Source of the DNA: Planctomycetota bacterium | Lineage (GTDB): Bacteria; Planctomycetota; UBA1135; UBA2386 | Direction of reading: 5' to 3' | Assembly: GCA_046290465.1 (NCBI GenBank) | Contig: JBKAGP010000001.1 | Location: 192,001-256,000, forward strand | DNA: 64,000 nucleotides | Shown here: positions 56,542 to 64,000 of the stretch, in pieces | Numbering within the stretch: the first letter of the stretch is position 1 | How the letters are laid out: each line of letters starts with the position of its first letter | Notes under the pieces: generated by a model | The model's input: only the letters and a program-made list of their open reading frames with translations | What the model was told of the DNA's origin: nothing | Database searches by the model: none | Program-made: the position numbers and the translations under genes

Positions 56542-57548
56542 CCGCGCCAGCCTCTCGTTGGAAACTCGGCCTGTTCGTCGTCGCCGGTTCGGCGATCGGC
56601 CTGCTCGGCGTCGCCTTCCTCGGCGCGCGCGAGCTGCAGCGCTCGACGCACACCGCCTACGCCTACTTCGACGAGGCCCTGACCGGGCTCGAGGAGGGCT
56701 CGTCGGTCAAGTTCCGCGGCGTCACCGTCGGCCGCGTCGAGCGCATCAAGTTCGCGTCCGACAAGAAGCACCTCGAGGTGCAGGCGTCGCTCTACGACGA
56801 CTACCTGAGCGACCTCGGCCTCGATGCGTCGAAGCTCGACGCCGACAACCCGCTGACGCGCAACCTGCGGGCGCAGGTGGTGATGTCGTGGGTGACCAGC
56901 ACCGCGTTCATCCAGGTCGACTACTTTCCCGATCCGCCGCGCGGCCCCCAGCTGCTGCCGTTCGACGTGCCGTCGGATGGGGTCACGCTGCGCACCGTGC
57001 CGAGCACCGCCAAGAGCCTCGAGTCGTCGACGCGCGAGGTGCTGCGCGAACTGCCGCGGGTGGCGTCGACGGTGCGCGAGCTGGTCGACCTGCTGCGCAC
57101 CGAGCTGAGTGCGGCCCGGCTGCCGGAGGTGTCGCGCAAGCTGCAGTCGCTGCTGAGCAAGGTCGAGAAGCAGGTCGACGCGCTCGATGCCGAGGGCGCG
57201 GTGGCGGCGGCGACCGGGGCGCTGCAGGAGGTCGGTGCGACCGCGGCGGCGTTCCGCGAGGAGCGCGAGGGCCTGCGGGCGACGATGGCGGCGTGGACGG
57301 AACTGGGCCGTTCGCTGCAGCGGGAGGTCGAGGCGATGGCGCTCGACGAGACCAGCGCCGGCGTGCGCGGGGCCGCGGTGCACCTCGGTGGCCTGGCCGA
57401 ACTGCGCGCCGACGTGCGCGCCGAACTGCACAACCTGCGCCGCGCGCTGGCCGCCGTCGAGCGGCTGGCGGCGATGCTCGAACGCGACCCCGGCTCGCTG
57501 CTGCGCGGCCGCGGCGCGTCCAACTCGCCGTGGAAGGAGGACAAGTGA
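56538..57548 (+). CDS. mlaD: MCE/MlaD-family protein
   Basis: N-terminal TM, GL..GS.VKFRGV.VGRV, helical C-terminus ending LERDPGSLLRG. Confidence 0.88.
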   Translation: MTAPASRWKLGLFVVAGSAIGLLGVAFLGARELQRSTHTAYAYFDEALTGLEEGSSVKFRGVTVGRVERIKFASDKKHLEVQASLYDDYLSDLGLDASKLDADNPLTRNLRAQVVMSWVTSTAFIQVDYFPDPPRGPQLLPFDVPSDGVTLRTVPSTAKSLESSTREVLRELPRVASTVRELVDLLRTELSAARLPEVSRKLQSLLSKVEKQVDALDAEGAVAAATGALQEVGATAAAFREEREGLRATMAAWTELGRSLQREVEAMALDETSAGVRGAAVHLGGLAELRADVRAELHNLRRALAAVERLAAMLERDPGSLLRGRGASNSPWKEDK

Positions 57549-58078
57549 TGCCGCGATCGAGCCCGTTCCTGGTGGTGCTGCTGGGCGGTGCCGCGACGCT
57601 GTCGAGCTGCCTGTCGTCGGGGCCCCCGGCGCCGCCGGTGCGCTGGTTCGACCCGACCGCCGCGTTCGGCACCGCCGAGCGCGGCTCGCCGGTCGAGCCG
57701 GTGCAGGTCCGCGGCCAGTCGCACCTGGTCCAGGACATCGCCGTGCGGGTGTCGCCGTTCGAGATCGTCTACGACGGCGACCACCGCTGGCTGATGCCGC
57801 CCGAGGAGATCCTGCGGCGCGCATTCGTGCACGACGGCGTGCCGATCACCGGCGCCGGCCGGCTGGTCGAACTGACCGCCTTCGAACTGCAGCGAAGTTC
57901 CGGCGCCGCCGCCGCCCGCGTCGCCTGCCTCGTGCACCCGAGCCGCGAAGGTGCGATCGCGGCGCAGCCGCTCGAGGCCGTCGTCGCCGCCCCCGACGAC
58001 TCGCTGCCGTCGCTGACCCTGGCCATGGGCCAGGCCGTGCAGCAGCTCGTCACCCAGATCCACGAGCTGCCCCAGTAG
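57548..58078 (+). CDS. PqiC-like ABC auxiliary lipoprotein
   Basis: Lipobox LSSC, RW..PP motif, last gene of the MCE operon. Confidence 0.7.
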   Translation: MPRSSPFLVVLLGGAATLSSCLSSGPPAPPVRWFDPTAAFGTAERGSPVEPVQVRGQSHLVQDIAVRVSPFEIVYDGDHRWLMPPEEILRRAFVHDGVPITGAGRLVELTAFELQRSSGAAAARVACLVHPSREGAIAAQPLEAVVAAPDDSLPSLTLAMGQAVQQLVTQIHELPQ

Positions 58079-58118
58079 GGCTATGGGTAGGGTTGCGGGA
58101 CGGAGAGTTGCGTACGGA

Positions 58119-58178
58119 CGCGGTTCGTCCGCCAACCTTCGCGGCGGCGCAGCCGCGAAGGCTGGCGGACGAACCGCG
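58119..58178. repeat. Long inverted repeat (27-bp arms, 1 mismatch, 6-nt loop) between convergent genes
   Basis: CGCGGTTCGTCCGCCAACCTTCGCGGC-GGCGCA-GCCGCGAAGGCTGGCGGACGAACCGCG. Confidence 0.9.
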
Positions 58179-58204
58179 ACTGCACGGCAACCTTCGCGTG
58201 TGGG

Positions 58205-59686
58205 TCAGCGGAGGGTCTGGTCGAGCGGGGCCGGGGCCGCGGTGAGCGGGCCGAGCACCATGGCCTGGCGCCAGACCTTGAGCGCGGTGCGGCGGTCGTC
58301 GGCGGTGGCCTTCTGGTCCTGCAGGGTGGCGAGCACCTGGCGTTGGGCCTCGGCGTGGCCGGCAGAAAGCAGCGCGTACCAGCGGTCGCGGTGCGCGGTC
58401 AGCGCGATCGGCAGTTCGATCAGGCGCGACAGGGAGGTGGGGTTCTCTTCGACGCGATGCAGCGCGCGCGCGATCCGCACTAGCAGTTCGCGGTCGTCGA
58501 TGACGCGGAACAGGTCGCGCAGCATCGGCGCGGCGCGCTTCTCGTCGCTGCGCGCGACCAGCTCGGCGGCGGCGACGCGGGCTTCGGCGGGGGCGTGGCC
58601 GGTGGTCGCGACCTCGACCGCGCGGTCGAGCAGCTTCTGCGACGGCGGCGCCTGGAAGCCGGCGAACAGGGCGCCCAGGCGGCGTAGGTTACGCTCGGCC
58701 AGCAGGTGTTGCTCGAGCGCGCCGCGCATGCTCGCGCCGCCGATCGCCAGCATCGCCTCGACCGCCTGCGTGCACTCGTGGCCGTGGTTGCTGCGCAGCG
58801 CGCGCGCGGCGATCTCCATCGCCGGCAGGTGCCGCGAACGGGCGAGTCCGAGCAGGGCCAGGGCCCGCAGCTCGGCGTCGTCGTCGCCTTCGGCGATCTG
58901 CGCCAGCTCGTCGATCCAGCCGTCGTTCTGGTCGGCGGGGCGGCCGGCGATCCAGGCGACGACCGCCTGCCGTTCGGCGGCGCTGCCGCGGCGCAGCACG
59001 CGCTGCAGGTCGCGCGGCTCGAGCGAACCGTCGAGCGGCAGCACCAGCCGCAGCAGCGCCGCGCGCACGTCGGTGGCGCGGTTGGCGTCCTCGTCCATCA
59101 GCAGCCGCAGCGCGCCGAGTTCGGGGCGGTCGGGCTGGCCGGCCATCGACTGCAGCAGCGCCAGCAGCACGTCGTGCTGGCGCTTCCAGCTGCCGCGACG
59201 GAACAGCGTCAGCGTGCGCGCGACCGACGTGTCGACGCGGTCGACCGGGACCAGGCCGAGCGCGTAGGCGGCGATCACGCCGTCCTCGCTGCCGCGGCTC
59301 TCGACGGTGCGCAGCTGGGCCTCGAGGTGGTGCACGGCGGTCGGCGTCGCCAGCAGGCCGAGCGCGATGGTGGCGCGGCGCCGCGCGGCCGGCGCCGGAT
59401 CGACGGCCAGCTCGAGCAGGCGCGCTTCGTGCACCACGCTGCCGGTCGCGGCGACGATCAGCGCCGCTTCGCCGCGGGTCTCGGCGTCCTTGCTCTGCAG
59501 TTCGGCGGCCGCGTCCTTGGCGACCATGCGTTCGATACCGCTCGCGCCCGGGGTCTGCGCGGAAGCGCACAGTGCAGTTGCGAGCAGCACCAGCGCACAC
59601 CCGCCGAGCCGGTGGACGAACGTCGCCCCACGCGCGCACTGGCGGCGGTCACGGACGTGGGCGATGGCAACGGGGCGCTGGTTCAC
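58205..59686 (-). CDS. Secreted HEAT-repeat-like protein; start uncertain
   Basis: Repeated D....R..A..ALG helical units after a hydrophobic signal-like segment. Confidence 0.7.
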   Translation of the reverse strand: MNQRPVAIAHVRDRRQCARGATFVHRLGGCALVLLATALCASAQTPGASGIERMVAKDAAAELQSKDAETRGEAALIVAATGSVVHEARLLELAVDPAPAARRRATIALGLLATPTAVHHLEAQLRTVESRGSEDGVIAAYALGLVPVDRVDTSVARTLTLFRRGSWKRQHDVLLALLQSMAGQPDRPELGALRLLMDEDANRATDVRAALLRLVLPLDGSLEPRDLQRVLRRGSAAERQAVVAWIAGRPADQNDGWIDELAQIAEGDDDAELRALALLGLARSRHLPAMEIAARALRSNHGHECTQAVEAMLAIGGASMRGALEQHLLAERNLRRLGALFAGFQAPPSQKLLDRAVEVATTGHAPAEARVAAAELVARSDEKRAAPMLRDLFRVIDDRELLVRIARALHRVEENPTSLSRLIELPIALTAHRDRWYALLSAGHAEAQRQVLATLQDQKATADDRRTALKVWRQAMVLGPLTAAPAPLDQTLR

Positions 59687-59861
59687 AACTCGGGTATCGG
59701 TAGCGTAGTATGCCGGGCCGAATCGCAGGTTGGAACGCGACTCGGCGACCTTTCCCCGATCGGGCCGGGCGGCGCGATCGAAGGACCCTTGGACCCGAGC
59801 AAACCCCGTTCCGTCCCGCCTTCGTCCAGGAACGGAATCCCACCCGCGATCCCAAACTGCG

Positions 59862-61085
59862 ATGCGCACAGCCATTCTCGATGCCTGGTCCGGGGTCGCG
59901 GGCGACATGTGGGTCGGCGCGATGCTCGACGCCGGCGCCCCGCTCGCGCCGCTGGCGGATGCGGTGCGCTCGCTGCAGTTGCCCGGGGTGGCGATCCGCA
60001 GCGAGGTCGTGATGCGCGCGAGCCTGCGCGGGGTGAAGTTCCACGTCGACGTCGGCGGCGCGCCCGAACCCGGGAAGTTCGCGTTGATGGCGCCCCAGAG
60101 CCACGCCGGCGTGCAGCTGCCGCAGCACGCCGACCACGTGCACCGGCGGCTGTCGGACATCCGCCGCATCGTCGACCGCGCGGCGCTGCCCGACGACGTG
60201 CGGGCCCGCTGTGTCGCGGTCTACCGGCACATCGCTGAGGTCGAGGCCGAGGCGCACGGCACCACCGTCGAGGACGTGCACTTCCACGAGGTCGGCGCCG
60301 AGGACACGATCGTCGACGTCGTCTGCGCATGCCTGTGCGTGCACCTGCTCGGCATCGAACGGCTCTACGCCAACGGCATCGCGGTCGGCTCGGGCACGGT
60401 CCGGGCCGCGCACGGCATCCTGCCGGTGCCGGCCCCGGCGACCGCGGCGCTGCTCAAGGGCATCCCGGTGCGCACCGGTGGCCTGCGCGGCGAGCGCACG
60501 ACGCCGACCGGCGCCGCGCTGCTCAGGGAGTTCGGGCACGGCTTCGACCAGCCGGTGCCGCTCGAGGTCGAGGCGATCGGCTACGGCGCCGGCACCCGCG
60601 ACGACCCCGACGTCCCCAACCTGCTGCGCGTGATGGTGGGGGCGAGCCTGGCGGCGAGTTCGCCGACCGAGCTCTGCGAACTGTCGTGCCAGCTCGACAC
60701 GGCGACCGGCGAACAGGTCGGCTGGCTGCTCGATGCGCTGCTGCAGCGCGGCGCGACCGACGCGTTCGCGACGCCGATCACGATGAAGAAGGGCCGGCCG
60801 GGCGTGCTGCTGACGGTCCTGTGCGAGGAGGTCGATGCGCCGTCGTTGACCGACCTGCTGCTCGAGGAGTCGTCGTCGCTGGGCGTGCGCCGCCACCGCG
60901 TGCAGCGCACCGTGCTCGAACGCTGGCAGGAGACCCGCGCGACGCCGCTCGGCGACGTGCAGTTCAAGGTGGCGAGGCTGCCGTCCGGCGAAGTGGTGGC
61001 GCGACCCGAGGACGACGAACTGCGTCGCTTGACGCAGGCGCATGGCCTGGGTCGCGCCGAGGTGCTGCGCCGGCTGTCGACCTGA
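59862..61085 (+). CDS. larC: Nickel-pincer cofactor biosynthesis protein LarC
   Basis: SGVAGDM, AHG...VHFHEVGA.D.IVDV, AHG.LPVPAPAT, TPTGAAL, MKKGRPG. Confidence 0.93.
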   Translation: MRTAILDAWSGVAGDMWVGAMLDAGAPLAPLADAVRSLQLPGVAIRSEVVMRASLRGVKFHVDVGGAPEPGKFALMAPQSHAGVQLPQHADHVHRRLSDIRRIVDRAALPDDVRARCVAVYRHIAEVEAEAHGTTVEDVHFHEVGAEDTIVDVVCACLCVHLLGIERLYANGIAVGSGTVRAAHGILPVPAPATAALLKGIPVRTGGLRGERTTPTGAALLREFGHGFDQPVPLEVEAIGYGAGTRDDPDVPNLLRVMVGASLAASSPTELCELSCQLDTATGEQVGWLLDALLQRGATDAFATPITMKKGRPGVLLTVLCEEVDAPSLTDLLLEESSSLGVRRHRVQRTVLERWQETRATPLGDVQFKVARLPSGEVVARPEDDELRRLTQAHGLGRAEVLRRLST

Positions 61086-61124
61086 CGCGTCCGAGACCGA
61101 CGCGTCCGAGACCGACGCGTCCGG
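61084..61124. repeat. 15-bp tandem repeat directly after the larC stop
   Basis: GACGCGTCCGAGACC x2 plus GACGCGTCCG. Confidence 0.85.
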
Positions 61125-61230
61125 GAACGGCCGGAAGAAGCCGGAATCGGCGGGACCGATCGGGCCGTCGCTCGTAGCAGCCGCGCCGCCCGGCCCGCAG
61201 GCGGTATCCTGCCCGCCACCCGTTCCCCTC

Positions 61231-62292
61231 ATGCACACCCGCCTTCCGACCCTCCTCGCCGGGCTGCTGCTCACGGCAGCACCCGCTCTCGCCCAGAACG
61301 GCTCGGCCGTCTACCGCTTCACGTTCCAGAGCACGTGGAGCGCGCAGACCCATCCGACCAGCTTCCCGTCCAACCCGCACTATTCGCCGCTGGTCGGCTG
61401 CACCCACGACGCCAACCTGGTGCTGTGGCAGCCCGGCGGCATCGCGACGCCCGGCATCGAGCAGATGGCCGAGACCGGCGCCACGTCGGTGCTGGTCAAC
61501 GAGCTCAACCAGCACGTGCAGAACGGCGTCGCCGGCCAGGCGCTCAACTACGGCGGCGCGGGCGCGCTCGGCAACTCGCCCGGCACGGTCAGCGTGACGT
61601 TCACGGCGTCGCCCGAGCACCCGCAGCTGTCGCTGGTGACGATGCTGGCGCCGAGCCCGGACTGGTTCGTCGGCGTGCACGGCGTCGACCTGATCCAGAA
61701 CGGCGACTGGGTCGAGTCGCTGGTGCTGCCGGCGACCGTCTACGACGCCGGCACCGACAGCGGCGTCTCCTACAACTCGGGCAACGCCGACGTCACCCCG
61801 CACCAGCCGATCGCGATGGTCAGCACGGCGGTCGGTCCGTTCGTGGGCGCGTCCACGCAGGTCGGCACGATCATGATCGAACGCCTGCACAGCACGCTGG
61901 TCTACGGCTGCGGCAACCCGACCGGCAGCATGGCGATCGCCGGCTCGCCGCAGCTCGGCCAGTGGCTGCAGTTCTCGCTCAGCGATCCGACCGGCCAGCT
62001 GCCGACGCCGGCGGTCTCCGGCCTCGCGATCTCGACGGCGCCCGACCCGGCGTTCCCGTGCGGCACGTCGCTGCCGGGCTTCGGCCTCGGCAACGGCCAG
62101 AGCGGCGAAGTGCTGCTGGCGACCGTCGACGGCCTGACGACCGGCCCGACGTTCACCGGTGGCTCGGCGACAATGTTCGTGCAGATCCCCAACCAGCCCG
62201 CGTTCGTCGGCCAGCAGTTCTACTTCCAGGGGCTGCTCGCGAGCGCGCGGGTCGGGTTGGCGCAGGCGGTGTCGCTGCGCATCGGCAACTGA
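61231..62292 (+). CDS. Secreted spondin_N-domain protein with shared C-terminal domain
   Basis: TWS..THP, HYSP, AE.G, MLAPSPDWFVG, YDAGTDSG. Confidence 0.88.
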   Translation: MHTRLPTLLAGLLLTAAPALAQNGSAVYRFTFQSTWSAQTHPTSFPSNPHYSPLVGCTHDANLVLWQPGGIATPGIEQMAETGATSVLVNELNQHVQNGVAGQALNYGGAGALGNSPGTVSVTFTASPEHPQLSLVTMLAPSPDWFVGVHGVDLIQNGDWVESLVLPATVYDAGTDSGVSYNSGNADVTPHQPIAMVSTAVGPFVGASTQVGTIMIERLHSTLVYGCGNPTGSMAIAGSPQLGQWLQFSLSDPTGQLPTPAVSGLAISTAPDPAFPCGTSLPGFGLGNGQSGEVLLATVDGLTTGPTFTGGSATMFVQIPNQPAFVGQQFYFQGLLASARVGLAQAVSLRIGN

Positions 62293-62340
62293 CGCGGCTG
62301 AGGGTTGCCTGGCAGGCGCCGCGCATCTCCAATGCGGCGC

Positions 62341-63348
62341 ATGCACACGCCTTCGCTCGATCGTCGCGGCTTCCTCGGCGTCGCCGCCGGCCTCGCCGGT
62401 TCTTCGTTGCTCGCATCCTCGGGGCTGGTGTCTGCGGGCCTGGTGCCTTCCGGCCTGCTGCCTTCAGGTTTGGGCGGCTCGCCGCCGGTGCCGGCGAAGC
62501 CGCTGTTCGGGATCAGCCTGGCGCAGTGGTCGCTGCACCGCACGCTGCGCAAGGGCCAGCTGAGCAACCTCGACTTCCCGAAGAAGGCGAAGTCGTTCGG
62601 CATCCACGCGGTCGAGTACGTCAACCAGTTCTTCAAGGACAAGGCCAAGGACGCGAAGTACATCGCCGAGCTGAAGAAGCGCTGTGACGGCGAAGGCGTG
62701 CAGAGCCTGCTGATCATGTGCGACGGCGAGGGCGCGCTCGGCGCCAAGGACGACCGCCGCCGCAAGCAGGCGGTCGAGAACCACCACAAGTGGGTGGTCG
62801 CCGCCAAGGCGCTCGGCTGCCACTCGATCCGCGTCAACGCGCAGAGCCAGGGCAGCTACGACGAACAGTCGAAGCTCGCCGCGGACGGCCTGCGCCAGCT
62901 GTGCGAGTTCGCCGACTCGCACGGCATCTACGTCATCGTCGAGAACCACGGCGGCCTGTCGTCGGACGGCAAGTGGCTCAGCGCGGTGCTGAAGAAGGTC
63001 GACCACGCGCGCGTCGGTTCGCTGCCGGACTTCGGCAACTTCAAGATCGCCAAGGGCAAGACCTACGACCGCTACCAGGGCGTCGACGAGCTGATGCCGT
63101 TCGCGCAGGGGGTCAGCGCCAAGTCGCACGACTTCGACGACGACGGCAACGAGAAGCACACCGACTACGACCGCATGCTCGAGATCGTCGTCGGCAAGCA
63201 CGGTTGGCGCGGCCACGTCGGCATCGAGTTCGAGGGCAGCGGCAGCGAGGACGTCGGCATCCAGAAGACCAAGGCGCTGCTCGAGCGCGTGCGCGACGAC
63301 CTGTCCGCCAAGCTGCAGAAGCAGGCGGAGAAGAAGGAAGGCAAGTGA
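62341..63348 (+). CDS. Tat-exported sugar-phosphate isomerase/epimerase (AP-endonuclease-2 TIM barrel)
   Basis: DRRGFL Tat motif, [31 protein letters not shown]. Confidence 0.9.
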   Translation: MHTPSLDRRGFLGVAAGLAGSSLLASSGLVSAGLVPSGLLPSGLGGSPPVPAKPLFGISLAQWSLHRTLRKGQLSNLDFPKKAKSFGIHAVEYVNQFFKDKAKDAKYIAELKKRCDGEGVQSLLIMCDGEGALGAKDDRRRKQAVENHHKWVVAAKALGCHSIRVNAQSQGSYDEQSKLAADGLRQLCEFADSHGIYVIVENHGGLSSDGKWLSAVLKKVDHARVGSLPDFGNFKIAKGKTYDRYQGVDELMPFAQGVSAKSHDFDDDGNEKHTDYDRMLEIVVGKHGWRGHVGIEFEGSGSEDVGIQKTKALLERVRDDLSAKLQKQAEKKEGK

Positions 63349-64000
63349 ACGAACGCTTGCAGAACCTGCCGACCTACCCGATGGTGCAACTGTCGGCGTG
63401 GAGCCGCGAGATCGAGGAGCGCGGGCTCGAGCTGCTCGACTTCGGCACCGGCGATCCGCGCGAGCCGACGCCGGCGATCCTGCGCCAGGCGATGATCGAC
63501 GGGGTCGACGAGGTCAGCCAGTACCCGCCGAACCACGGCACGCAGGAGCTGCGCGAGGCCGTCAGCGGCTACCTGCAGCGGCGCTTCGGGCTCACCTTCG
63601 ACGCCGACACCGAGGTGATCGGCACGTTCGGCAGCAAGGAGGCGCTGTTCCACCTGCCGATGACGTTCGTGCACGAGGGCGCCGAGCGCAACGTCGTCGT
63701 CTACGGCGAGCCGGCGTACCCCGTCTACCGGATCGGCGCGCTGTTCGCCAACGCCGAGCCGCACGCGGTGCTGCTGGGGCCCGACAACGGCTACCAGATG
63801 GATCCGGACGCGCTGCCCGACGGCCTGCTGGCGCGCACCGCGATGGTGTTCTTGAACTACCCGCACAACCCCAGCGGCTACAAGCTGCGCGACGAACTGT
63901 ACCGACGCTGGGTCGAGGTGCAGCGGCAGCACGGCTTCGTGCTGGTCAGCGACGAGTGCTACGCCGATCTCAACTACGAAGGCGAGCAGCCGAAGACGCT
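63345..64000 (+). CDS. Class I/II PLP aminotransferase (DapC-like), truncated by the window end
   Basis: [45 protein letters not shown]; absent from the ORF track because there is no stop in the window. Confidence 0.85.
   Translation, partial: MNERLQNLPTYPMVQLSAWSREIEERGLELLDFGTGDPREPTPAILRQAMIDGVDEVSQYPPNHGTQELREAVSGYLQRRFGLTFDADTEVIGTFGSKEALFHLPMTFVHEGAERNVVVYGEPAYPVYRIGALFANAEPHAVLLGPDNGYQMDPDALPDGLLARTAMVFLNYPHNPSGYKLRDELYRRWVEVQRQHGFVLVSDECYADLNYEGEQPKT

Overview
This is a very GC-rich bacterial chromosomal window. The secreted-protein repertoire suggests an uncultured Planctomycetota-like organism, but that is inference only. The left part (about 1.4-12 kb) is an accessory/defence-like region beside tRNA-Pro(TGG). 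It holds a PLD-nuclease/SF2-helicase/DUF3427 gene (SauUSI-like), a headless NucS/DUF91-type nuclease fragment and a compositionally atypical 619-aa putative nuclease. It also holds a decayed integrative element bounded by the tRNA 3' end and a partial copy of it, carrying an integrase pseudogene, an IS3 remnant and two unknown coupled genes. The rest is mostly housekeeping: DPP-IV, a glycosyl/acyl-transferase cluster, truncated haemoglobin with an NsrR-like regulator, fhs, tkt, a full ISC operon with ygfZ, the pst/phoU operon, an Mla-like ABC system, larC and an aminotransferase. Five signals stand out. (1) A RAYT-like HUH/Y1 transposase with a C-terminal HTH is enclosed by perfect 36-bp and 32-bp inverted repeats of a non-GTAG repeat (GCGCAGGATGAACCSGGTTCGGTATGCGG), which also occurs transposase-free at 15.3 kb and 44.3 kb. 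(2) Five unrelated secreted proteins share a C-terminal domain. (3) The two PstB subunits are degenerate in complementary ways, and PhoU is fused to a catalytically dead ArsC/LMW-PTP-like domain. (4) 15-bp tandem microduplications recur across the window. (5) The tRNA-linked cargo includes candidate new defence genes. All calls come from reading motifs; no database searches were run and many start codons are best guesses.
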